Part shown: positions 50,078-58,080 of the stretch, in pieces | How positions within the stretch are numbered: the stretch's first letter is position 1 | Layout: each line of letters starts with the position of its first letter | NCBI GenBank assembly: GCA_030619985.1 | Contig: JAUXAI010000003.1 | Span: 1 to 62,354, forward strand | Length of the DNA stretch: 62,354 nucleotides | Reading direction: 5' to 3' | Source: a bacterium | GTDB taxonomy: Bacteria; UBP18; UBA7526 | Position numbers and translations under genes: made by a program | Notes under the pieces: generated by a model | Databases searched by the model: none | Told to the model about the DNA's origin: nothing | Seen by the model: only the letters and a program-made list of their open reading frames with translations

Positions 50078-50116
50078 TAACTAGCTAAACTGACAAACTG
50101 ACTAAACTGACAAAAC
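50078..50116. repeat. 5' repeat arm of the four-helix-bundle element (AAACTGAC on +)
   Basis: taactagct aaactgac aaactgact aaactgac aaaac; contains the ispG stop. Confidence 0.85.
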
Positions 50117-51166
50117 GTTTTTTATTTCTTTCAAGAGTGTAGAGACTAAATCTTTCTCTTTTACCTTCTTTATTACTCTGCCTTTTCTGAAGATTACCCC
50201 TATCTTCTCTCCTCCCGCAATGCCGATGTCTGCTTCCCTTGCCTCTCCTGGGCCATTCACCACACAACCCATTATGGCCACTTTTAAGGATATTGAACAT
50301 TGAACATTGAACATTGAATAATTTAATCTTCTTTCTACTTCTTTTGCTATTTTAATCAAGTCTATCTCGCAGCGGCCACAGGTGGGACAGGCGATGATCT
50401 CAATCCCTTTCCGTAATCCTAAAGCTCTCAATATCTCATGGCCCACCCTTACCTCTTCCTGGGGTGGACCAGTGAGAGAGACCCTGATAGTATCCCCTAT
50501 TCCTTCAAGCAGTAGGCTTCCGATTCCCAGGGCAGACTTAATTATTCCCGAGGGAGGAAGGCCAGTAGCCGTTATCCCCAGATGAAGGGGGTAGTTACAT
50601 CTCTTAGCCATCAAGCGATAGGCCTCTATGGTAGTTAAAACATCGCTTGCTTTTAGAGAGACAATGATCTCGTAGAATTTCTCTTTTTCAAATATCTTTA
50701 TAGAGTCTTGGGCACTTCTTACCATGGCTTGGGCTAAAGGACCTTTATATCTCTTTCTATCGAGGGAACCGGAGTTTACCCCGATCCTTATGGGAATTCC
50801 CTTCTCTTTTGCTTTCCTTATAATCTGAATAATCTTCTCTTTGTCTCTGATATTCCCGGGGTTTATCCTTATGCCATCTGCTCCATTTTCCAGGGCTTCC
50901 AGGGCCAACCGATAATCGAAGTGAATATCGGCAATTAAGGGAATCTTAATTTTCTTCTTTATCTTAGAGATTACCCTCGCTGCCTCCCGATCTGGAATGG
51001 CAACCCTTATGATCTCACACCCCTCTTTTTCTAACTCTTTAATCTGTTTAACTGTTGCTTTTATATCTCTGGTGTCTGTCTTGGTCATGGACTGAACAGA
51101 GACTGGTGCTCCACCACCAACAGCTACTTTGCCTATCTTGACTCTTCTACTTCGCCTTCTCTTCAT
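50102..51166 (-). CDS. ispG: (E)-4-hydroxy-3-methylbut-2-enyl-diphosphate synthase
   Basis: VSVQSMT, IADIHFDY, RINPGN, CPTCGR, MGCVVNGPGE. Confidence 0.97.
   Translation of the reverse strand: MKRRRSRRVKIGKVAVGGGAPVSVQSMTKTDTRDIKATVKQIKELEKEGCEIIRVAIPDREAARVISKIKKKIKIPLIADIHFDYRLALEALENGADGIRINPGNIRDKEKIIQIIRKAKEKGIPIRIGVNSGSLDRKRYKGPLAQAMVRSAQDSIKIFEKEKFYEIIVSLKASDVLTTIEAYRLMAKRCNYPLHLGITATGLPPSGIIKSALGIGSLLLEGIGDTIRVSLTGPPQEEVRVGHEILRALGLRKGIEIIACPTCGRCEIDLIKIAKEVERRLNYSMFNVQCSISLKVAIMGCVVNGPGEAREADIGIAGGEKIGVIFRKGRVIKKVKEKDLVSTLLKEIKNVLSV
50292..50319. repeat. In-frame heptamer repeat (ATTGAAC x4) inside ispG
   Basis: Encodes YSMFNVQCSI. Confidence 0.9.
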
Positions 51167-52265
51167 GAGGAAGAACTCTCTCTATAATAGACTTTTCTTT
51201 TTCTATTTTCTTTAACTGAACCCATCTGTTGATATCGTTAGAGAAAACAAGGGCTGCCAGCATAGCGACAATGAATATTCCTATTTTCTGAGCAATCTCT
51301 CTTCCCCTGTCATTTAAGGGGGAACCCTTGATCTTCTCAATGCCTAAAAGGAGGACATGACCGCCATCCAGAAGGGGAATGGGAAGAAGGTTGATTATTC
51401 CCACATTAATATTTAAGAAGGCGAAGAAGAGAAGGAAGGATGATGGGCCCAGGCGGGCAGCCTCTCCTGCCATATGGGGAATCCATAGGGGGCCGGCTAG
51501 ATTTCTAACCGATATCTTAAGAGTGATAAGTTTCCAGAAGGTGATGAGGATTAAAAGAGTTACATTGATTGTCTGTCTTACCCCTCTTTCTATTGCCTGA
51601 AAAATATTGTATTTTTTAACTCCTATCTCTTTTTCTGGGAAGGGTGTTATGGCTATTCCAATCTCTCCTTTACCTGTCTTGGGATTGAGCCTGGGTATAA
51701 CTTCTTTAGTTATTTCTTTCCCTTCATGAATAATGGATAATATTATCTTTTCTCCTGGATGCTCAGTAATGAGAGTGCGTAATTCGGAGAAATCTTTTTT
51801 TACCACTCCATTTATCTTGAAAATTCTATCGCCTGGTTGTAGCCCTATTTCCTGGGCAGGGGATGCCTTTAAGACTTCCTGGATGTTCAAAGACACAAGA
51901 TAATCAGGAACGCCTGAAAGGAATATCGCAGTAAACACTAGAAAGGCTAAAAGCCAATGCATCAGAGGACCAGATACTAAGACAGATAGTCTCTGAAGAA
52001 TAGATTTGGAGTTGAACTCCCAGGGAGCACCAGTTATCTCACTAGGATCCATGCCCGCTAATTTAACATATCCTCCTATTAATGGGAACCAGGGAATAAT
52101 ATACTCCGTTTCTCCCTTTTTAAAACCAAAGAGCTTGCGGCCATAGCCCAGGGCAAAGGTTTTTACTCGAATACCGGCCTTCTTGGCCAGAAGAAAATGG
52201 CCCAATTCATGGAAGAATATGGTGGGGCCGAGAAGAATAAGGGTGGCAATAATGGTGGTCAACAT
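51147..52265 (-). CDS. rseP: Site-2 protease RseP (M50 family, PDZ domain)
   Basis: HELGH, NLLPIPLLDGGH, PDZ region. Confidence 0.93.
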   Translation of the reverse strand: MLTTIIATLILLGPTIFFHELGHFLLAKKAGIRVKTFALGYGRKLFGFKKGETEYIIPWFPLIGGYVKLAGMDPSEITGAPWEFNSKSILQRLSVLVSGPLMHWLLAFLVFTAIFLSGVPDYLVSLNIQEVLKASPAQEIGLQPGDRIFKINGVVKKDFSELRTLITEHPGEKIILSIIHEGKEITKEVIPRLNPKTGKGEIGIAITPFPEKEIGVKKYNIFQAIERGVRQTINVTLLILITFWKLITLKISVRNLAGPLWIPHMAGEAARLGPSSFLLFFAFLNINVGIINLLPIPLLDGGHVLLLGIEKIKGSPLNDRGREIAQKIGIFIVAMLAALVFSNDINRWVQLKKIEKEKSIIERVLPHEEKAK

Positions 52266-53401
52266 CTTAAGGCTTCCTCCCTTGCCCAGGCATCTGCCTT
52301 CAAAATTTCACTCAGGGTGGGGTTCTTGATTGGCTTATGCCCATTCAATACCTTCTTAATCATTCTCGGAATTTCCATGAACCCAATCTTTTTCTTCAGG
52401 AATAGGGAGACTGCTATCTCATTGGTAGCATTCAGAACCGCTGGTGCCGTTCCCCCAATTCTGGCTGCTTCATAGGCTAACTTTAGACAAGGAAACTTTC
52501 TGGTATCTGGCTTCTGGAAGGTGAGTCTTCTAATTTTAGTAAGATCCAGTTTCTCTAGGGGGGTGGGAAGCCTCTCTGGATAGGTCAAAGCGTACTGAAT
52601 GGGAAGGCGCATATCAGGGGTTCCCAGGTGGGCAAGCATCGCTCCATCGACAAACTCCACCAAGGAATGGACGATTGCCTCTCGATGGATAACTACCTCT
52701 ATCCTATCGATATCGATTCCGAACAGATGATGGGCCTCAATCACCTCCAAACCCTTATTCATCAATGTAGCCGAGTCAATAGTAATCTTCTTTCCCATCT
52801 CCCAGGCAGGATGCTTGAGGGCCTCTTGGGGAGTAACTAATTTTAATCTCTTCAAACTAAAATTAAGGAATGGGCCGCCAGAGGCGGTGAGGATGATGCG
52901 CGAGACATCCTCTTTTCTCTCCCCCTTCAAGCACTGGAAGATGGCGGAGTGTTCACTGTCCACGGGAAGAATTCCCACTCCCCTCTTATGGATCTCTTGC
53001 ATCACGATCTCCCCAGCCATGACCAGGGCCTCCTTATTAGCCAAGGCAAGTGTCTTTTTGGCTTTAATAGCTTCCAAGGTAGGGATGAGGCCACTAGCGC
53101 CAACAATGGCCGAGACGACCAGATCTGCTTCCTTTAATCGGGCGACTTCGATTACTCCCTCCTGGCCGCTCAGTATCCTTATACTTTTAAAGCGCCCGTA
53201 AAGTTCTTGGGCGCTTTTTTTATCTGCTAAGGCCACTATCTTAGGATGAAACTTCTTTATCTGCTTCTCTAAGAGATTGATATTCTTCCTTGCTGTCAGG
53301 CCAATGATTTGAAACCTATCCCCTAAACTCTCAACGACCCTTAGGGTATTTATTCCCACTGAGCCGGTGGAGCCCAGCACAACAATTTTTCTCTTAACCA
53401 T
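52259..53401 (-). CDS. dxr: 1-deoxy-D-xylulose 5-phosphate reductoisomerase
   Basis: LGSTGSVG, LANKEALV, PVDSEHSAIFQ, KITIDSATLMNKGLEVIEA. Confidence 0.98.
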   Translation of the reverse strand: MVKRKIVVLGSTGSVGINTLRVVESLGDRFQIIGLTARKNINLLEKQIKKFHPKIVALADKKSAQELYGRFKSIRILSGQEGVIEVARLKEADLVVSAIVGASGLIPTLEAIKAKKTLALANKEALVMAGEIVMQEIHKRGVGILPVDSEHSAIFQCLKGERKEDVSRIILTASGGPFLNFSLKRLKLVTPQEALKHPAWEMGKKITIDSATLMNKGLEVIEAHHLFGIDIDRIEVVIHREAIVHSLVEFVDGAMLAHLGTPDMRLPIQYALTYPERLPTPLEKLDLTKIRRLTFQKPDTRKFPCLKLAYEAARIGGTAPAVLNATNEIAVSLFLKKKIGFMEIPRMIKKVLNGHKPIKNPTLSEILKADAWAREEALRC

Positions 53402-53655
53402 TCGTGACCATTCCCCGTAAAGTCGCGGAGTTTATCCCGCGAAAAGCGGGGCTCCTACGGGGCAGGCGCGTCTTTTCTTTTTGCGTCTTTTCAGTTAAAT
53501 TTAGCGTTTTTGCGGTTGCATTATTCGTGTCTATTCGTGTCTTAATTGCTTCCATTTTTGCTTTACAGTTCGCGTTAACCCCGTTAGAAGTAAGACGCCT
53601 AAGGCGTCTGCCTCCGATAAACATCGGAGGATTTCTAACGGGGTGAATTCGTGTC
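53400..53655. repeat. ATTCGYG-family element interrupted by two hairpin insertions
   Basis: 53521-53540 is identical to 43015-43034; inserts at 53413-53466 and 53578-53644. Confidence 0.85.
53578..53644. mobile_element. 67-bp MITE-like element with perfect 12-bp TIR ACCCCGTTAGAA and two internal hairpins
   Basis: TIRs 53578-53589/53633-53644; inner agacgcc-taa-ggcgtct and cctccgat-aaac-atcggagg. Confidence 0.82.
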
Positions 53656-53656
53656 T

Positions 53657-54511
53657 TCAAAAGAACCTCAGTCTTCCCACCACATGAATTATGTAATAAT
53701 ACATTACGGGAGAGGTAAATAAGAGGCTATCCATAACATCCAGGAGGCCACCATGACCGGGAATGATTCCACCGGCATCCTTAATCTCCGCTCCCCGCTT
53801 CAATAAGGATTCGCAGAGGTCACCGAACTGACCGACAACCCCCAAGATTAACCCCAGAATGAAGTAATGAACCAGAGAGAGGCCAGGGCTTGAGAGCCAC
53901 CTCCCCAGAAAGGGGCTCTTCTCAAGAAGGAGATAGGCCAAGAGGCCACTCGCTATGCTGAAGAGAAGACCACCTATCGCTCCCTCTATGCTCTTATTGG
54001 GGCTCACCCGAGGAATGAGCTTATGCTTCCCTAAGGTAGTGCCAAAGGTATAGGCTCCAATATCACCGAGCCAGGTAATCCAGAATAAAAGCAGAATATA
54101 TTCCCCACCAAAGACGGCCCTTCTGAGGAGTAACTGATGGGAGAGGAGCCAGCCCACATAGATTAGGCCCAGGATGGTATAGGAGAGGTTGGTAATAGTC
54201 TCTAAGGGCCTCTTCCCGAATAACTGCATGGCCAGAAGCAAGAGAATAGAGGCAGTTAAGAGTATACTAAGGTAGTAGACATTCCCCCAATAGGCACAGA
54301 GGGCTAGAAGAACGCTGCAGACCATACCCGTAATGCGCAGGATCCTCAATCCCTTGACCTTAGGCATATTGTAGAGCTCGAAGAGGCACAGGAGGATTCC
54401 AGCGCTGATTAGAATTAGAAAGGGCCAGGAGCCGTACCAGATGAGCCAGGCCAGGATGGGTGCAGCAACTAAGGTGCTTAAGATTCTTGTCCTTAACATA
54501 TCATTCCTCAA
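53657..54511 (-). CDS. cdsA: Phosphatidate cytidylyltransferase
   Basis: DIGAY, VSPNKSIEG, GDLCESLLKR..IKD.G.IIPGHGG.LD. Confidence 0.95.
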   Translation of the reverse strand: MRNDMLRTRILSTLVAAPILAWLIWYGSWPFLILISAGILLCLFELYNMPKVKGLRILRITGMVCSVLLALCAYWGNVYYLSILLTASILLLLAMQLFGKRPLETITNLSYTILGLIYVGWLLSHQLLLRRAVFGGEYILLLFWITWLGDIGAYTFGTTLGKHKLIPRVSPNKSIEGAIGGLLFSIASGLLAYLLLEKSPFLGRWLSSPGLSLVHYFILGLILGVVGQFGDLCESLLKRGAEIKDAGGIIPGHGGLLDVMDSLLFTSPVMYYYIIHVVGRLRFF

Positions 54512-55229
54512 TCCTTCCGAACCTTCTCTCCCTCTTCTGGTAGTCCAGAATGGCCTGGAGAAGATCCTCTCTTTTGAAGTCTGGCCAGAGAATAGGAGTT
54601 ACATAAATTTCAGTATAGGCCAGTTGCCAGAGGAGGAAGTTGGAGATCCTCATCTCTCCGCTAGTTCTGATTAAGAGATCGGGGTCCGGCTGGCCAGAGG
54701 TGTAGAGATATTTAGAAAAAGTTTCCTCATCTATTTTCTTTGGCCGATTGGCAATTATTTTCTTTACTGCATCCACAATATCGCTTCTTCCTCCATAATT
54801 GAGGGCCAGGTTGAGGATGATTCCTTTGTTATTTCTGGTGATTCTTTCCACCCGAGATAGCTCTCTCTGTAAAGAAGAAGGGAGCCTCTCCAATCTGCCG
54901 ATGGGATGTAAGTAGGTGTCATTCTTCATTAATTCCCCTACCTCATCTTTAAGGTATCTCTCCAGTGTTTTGAAGAGACCCCTGATCTCTCTCTTTGGCC
55001 GGTTCCAGTTCTCGGTAGAGAAGGCGAAGAGGGTTAAGATTTTTATTCCATAATCCTTAGCCGCCGGAACAATTTTCCTTAACCTCGCTATTCCTCTACG
55101 ATGGCCGGCCATCCGAGGAAGACCCCTCCTCTTCGCCCAGCGGCCATTGCCATCCATGATGATGGCCACATGCTCCAGTATCCTGCTCTTATCTAACTTT
55201 GATAGTAATTCTTTCTCTCTTCTGGTCAT
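54501..55229 (-). CDS. uppS: Undecaprenyl diphosphate synthase (cis-prenyltransferase)
   Basis: HVAIIMDGNGRWA, AFSTENWNRP, RTSGEMRISNFLLWQ. Confidence 0.97.
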   Translation of the reverse strand: MTRREKELLSKLDKSRILEHVAIIMDGNGRWAKRRGLPRMAGHRRGIARLRKIVPAAKDYGIKILTLFAFSTENWNRPKREIRGLFKTLERYLKDEVGELMKNDTYLHPIGRLERLPSSLQRELSRVERITRNNKGIILNLALNYGGRSDIVDAVKKIIANRPKKIDEETFSKYLYTSGQPDPDLLIRTSGEMRISNFLLWQLAYTEIYVTPILWPDFKREDLLQAILDYQKRERRFGRIEE

Positions 55230-55244
55230 CGGACTCCGTTCTTA

Positions 55245-55415
55245 TTATTCTTCTATAATGGCCTCTACTGGGCAGGCCTCCTTACAGGCCCCACACTGGG
55301 TACAGGTCTCTTGGTCGATAGTATACTTTTCATCCACTTCCTTAATGGCTTCTACCGGGCACTCATCGACACATGTCCCACAGCCCACACAGTCCTCAGT
55401 GATTTTAAAAGCCAT
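55245..55415 (-). CDS. 2[4Fe-4S] clostridial-type ferredoxin, 56 aa (missing from the ORF track)
   Basis: Manual translation MAFKITEDCVGCGTCVDECPVEAIKEVDEKYTIDQETCTQCGACKEACPVEAIIEE; two CxxCxxCxxxCP motifs; GGAGG RBS. Confidence 0.95.
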   Translation of the reverse strand: MAFKITEDCVGCGTCVDECPVEAIKEVDEKYTIDQETCTQCGACKEACPVEAIIEE

Positions 55416-55430
55416 CTTCTCCACCTCCTA

Positions 55431-55557
55431 AACGCGAATCAACGCGAACCGTAATGCAAATAAACCTAAATGATACACGCGAATCAACGCGAATCAATTC
55501 GCGAATATTCGCGTCTTAATTATTATAACTATTTAGGTATTCGCGACTATTCGCGTC
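55431..55557. repeat. Inverted CGCGAAT/ATTCGCG element between frr and the ferredoxin gene
   Basis: Pairs at 55433/55443, 55478/55488, 55497/55507, 55539/55549. Confidence 0.9.
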
Positions 55558-55558
55558 C

Positions 55559-56116
55559 TCAGAGTTCGAGGATCTCCTTCTCCTTCTCTTTCAGAACCTG
55601 ATCGATCTTTTTAATATACTTATCAGTAAGTTCCTGAATTTTTTTCAATCCCTTATGATAGTCGTCCTCTGGAATCTCTTTTTTCTTCTCTTTGTTCTTT
55701 AATTCCTCATTCGCTCCCCTCCTTATTTCCCTAATGGATACTCTCCCCTCTTCTGCTCTCTTCTTAACTATCTTGACCAGCTCTTCTCTCCTCTCCTGAG
55801 TAAGGGGTGGGAGGGCAATGCGAATTATTCCCTCTGAAACCTGGGGGGTGAGGCCGAGATCTGAGGCCAGGATGGCCTTATTAACTACGGGGATAATTGA
55901 TTTATCCCAGGGCTGGATAACGATGAGGGTGGGCTGGGGAGTAGAGATAGTGGCCAGATGATTCAGGGGGGTAAGGGTTCCATAATAGTCCACTTTGACT
56001 CCTTCCAGGATACTGGTTGAGGCCCGGCCGGTGCGCATGGTCGCCAAATCCCCTTTAAAGGCCTCAATCGATTTCTTCATTCTCTCTTCCGCTTGACGAT
56101 AGATCTCCTCCATCAT
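55559..56116 (-). CDS. frr: Ribosome recycling factor
   Basis: RTGRAS, VDYYGT.TPL, PPLTQERREEL. Confidence 0.97.
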   Translation of the reverse strand: MMEEIYRQAEERMKKSIEAFKGDLATMRTGRASTSILEGVKVDYYGTLTPLNHLATISTPQPTLIVIQPWDKSIIPVVNKAILASDLGLTPQVSEGIIRIALPPLTQERREELVKIVKKRAEEGRVSIREIRRGANEELKNKEKKKEIPEDDYHKGLKKIQELTDKYIKKIDQVLKEKEKEILEL

Positions 56117-56117
56117 G

Positions 56118-56708
56118 TCACTCCTCCCCCAGCTTATACCTTACAAATCTTCTTACTACAATATTCTCTTTGAACTTGGCCATGACGGAATCCAGATATT
56201 CCCTAATCGTTATCTTCTCATCCTTTATGAAGGGCTGTTCTAAGAGGCAGACCTCTTTGTAAAACTTCTCCATCTTTCCCTTAACAATTTTATCAACTAC
56301 TTTTTTTGGCTTCCCCTTTGCCCCTCCCCTATAGATCTCTTCCTCCTTTCTGACTACCTCTTCTGGCACTTCTTCTCGAATAATGTAAGCAGGATTCAGG
56401 GCAGCGATCTGCATGGCGATATCCTTGGCCAGATCTTTGAACTCCTCCGTCCGGGCCACGAAATCTGTCTGAGAGTTTATCTCTAATAAGACCCCGATCT
56501 TGCCTCCAGCATGGATGTAGGAGTAGATGAGGCCCTCCTTCGTTTCCTTACCCGCCAATCCTTTGGCGTGAGCCAGACCCTTCTTGCGCAATAGCTCCTT
56601 CGCCTTTTTTAAATCTCCCTCTGTCTCCTGTAAGGCCGCCTTACAATCCATGATGGGAGCCAGGGTGGCCTCTCTTAGCTTCTTGACTTGGGCAGCATTA
56701 ATCTTCAC
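56118..56708 (-). CDS. tsf: Elongation factor Ts (short form)
   Basis: VKKLREAT.A.IMDCK, TDFVAR, LEQPFIKD; GTG start. Confidence 0.96.
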   Translation of the reverse strand: MKINAAQVKKLREATLAPIMDCKAALQETEGDLKKAKELLRKKGLAHAKGLAGKETKEGLIYSYIHAGGKIGVLLEINSQTDFVARTEEFKDLAKDIAMQIAALNPAYIIREEVPEEVVRKEEEIYRGGAKGKPKKVVDKIVKGKMEKFYKEVCLLEQPFIKDEKITIREYLDSVMAKFKENIVVRRFVRYKLGEE

Positions 56709-56811
56709 CCCGCCCCTCCTTTTATATTCAAGTAAATAATCTCCATAAAGAAAAAATCTATCATTTCAGGCGTTTTAATCTCGAGATTATTAATTTTACG
56801 AGGGGCGGGGT
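56707..56811. mobile_element. 105-bp MITE-like element with perfect 12-bp TIR ACCCCGCCCCTC and 2-bp TC duplication
   Basis: TIRs 56707-56718/56800-56811; TC at 56705-56706 and 56812-56813; internal palindrome taatctcgagatta (56776-56789). Confidence 0.82.
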
Positions 56812-57750
56812 TCACTTTTTAAAACCTTTCTCTTCATTACCCTGGGTCTTTTTCGACTTCTTCTCTTCTTTCTTTTTCTTTTTTGCGGGTTTCTCTGCGA
56901 CCTCTGCGGTTGCAGGCTTTCCCTCTTTGGGCTTCGCCTTTTTCGCAGGTTTAGCAACTTTCTCCTCAGGTTTGGGTATCTCTTCTACCTTTTTAGGAAT
57001 CTTCTCTAGTTGTTCGGGAATCTCTTCTTCTACTTTTGCAGGAATCTCTTCTTCTGCCTCTTTCAAAATTTCCGGCCTTCCCTCCAGGATAGCATCCGCC
57101 ATCTTGGTGCACACCAGAGTAATGGCCCGAATGGCATCATCATTCCCCGGGATGATGTAATCCACCCCCGTAGGGTCACAATTAGTATCTACTAAGGCAA
57201 CGACCGGTATCTTTAACTTGTTGGCTTCCTTAAGAGCGATTCTTTCCTTATAGACATCGATCAGGATTAGAGCGCCAGGGAGACCATCCATCCCCTTTAT
57301 TCCTCCCAGAGCACGCCCTAGCTTCTCCTTTTCTCTTAATTTCTTAAGGGTTTCCTTTTTGGTCAGGGAAGAGAACCCTCCTTCCTTCTCTTGAGCCTCT
57401 AATCTCTTCAGGTATTCGATATTCTTCTTTATGGTCTGAAAATTGGTGAGTGTCCCTCCCAGCCATCTCTCCGTGACATAGGGCATCCCGCAGCGCTTTG
57501 TCTGGCTAAGGATGGCATCCTTTGCCTGCCTCTTGGTCCCCACAAAGAGGAGGGTTCCCCCTTCCTTTGCCAATTCCTTAACGAACTTACAGGCCTCTTC
57601 TAACTTCCTCAGAGTCTTCTGAAGATCGATGATATGAATGCCATTCCTCGCCCCAAAGATATATTCCTTCATCCTGGGATTCCACCTCTTGGTCTGATGG
57701 CCAAAGTGCATCCCAGCCTCCAAGAGCTCTTTCATAGAGACAACTGCCAA
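56812..57750 (-). CDS. rpsB: 30S ribosomal protein S2 with Lys/Glu/Pro-rich tail
   Basis: [35 protein letters not shown]; TTG start. Confidence 0.98.
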   Translation of the reverse strand: MAVVSMKELLEAGMHFGHQTKRWNPRMKEYIFGARNGIHIIDLQKTLRKLEEACKFVKELAKEGGTLLFVGTKRQAKDAILSQTKRCGMPYVTERWLGGTLTNFQTIKKNIEYLKRLEAQEKEGGFSSLTKKETLKKLREKEKLGRALGGIKGMDGLPGALILIDVYKERIALKEANKLKIPVVALVDTNCDPTGVDYIIPGNDDAIRAITLVCTKMADAILEGRPEILKEAEEEIPAKVEEEIPEQLEKIPKKVEEIPKPEEKVAKPAKKAKPKEGKPATAEVAEKPAKKKKKEEKKSKKTQGNEEKGFKK

Positions 57751-57780
57751 ATTACACCCCCCTCTGCCGCCTTTGGCGGA

Positions 57781-58078
57781 GAAATTCCAAATACCAATAT
57801 CTAAACATCAAGATACAAGAGACAATAACCAAACAAATTCCAATATCCAAATTTAAATACCCAATGCGCTTCGCTAGCATTGGAGAGAGCATAAATAAAA
57901 TAATTAAGCATTGCCAAAACAGTTTGGTGATTGGTTATTGGTCATTGAGTATTGTTTGCCCATCCTCCGCAGTAGCAGTGCAACTGCTACGGAGGATGGA
58001 TATCTTGTTTCTTGGTGTTTGGTTATTAATCGTTTTTGGTTAGAGTTTCGGATTTCTTATTTGAAATTTGTGATTTAT
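57781..58078. repeat. Long inverted heptamer-repeat element, copy 3, in the rpsB 5' region, with two inserts
   Basis: Core shared with 33452-33590; inserts at 57865-57913 and 57959-58000. Confidence 0.9.
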
Positions 58079-58080
58079 TA

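Noticed and set aside
49600-50150. 23S rRNA intervening sequence
   Set aside because: The flanks are proS and ispG; no rRNA sequence is present.
53394-53660. ORFs 53394-53660 (-) and 53404-53646 (+)
   Set aside because: Composed entirely of repeat and MITE sequence with no recognisable protein features.
56812-57060. Low-complexity S2 tail as a repeat insertion
   Set aside because: No nucleotide periodicity seen; charged tails on S2 are common.
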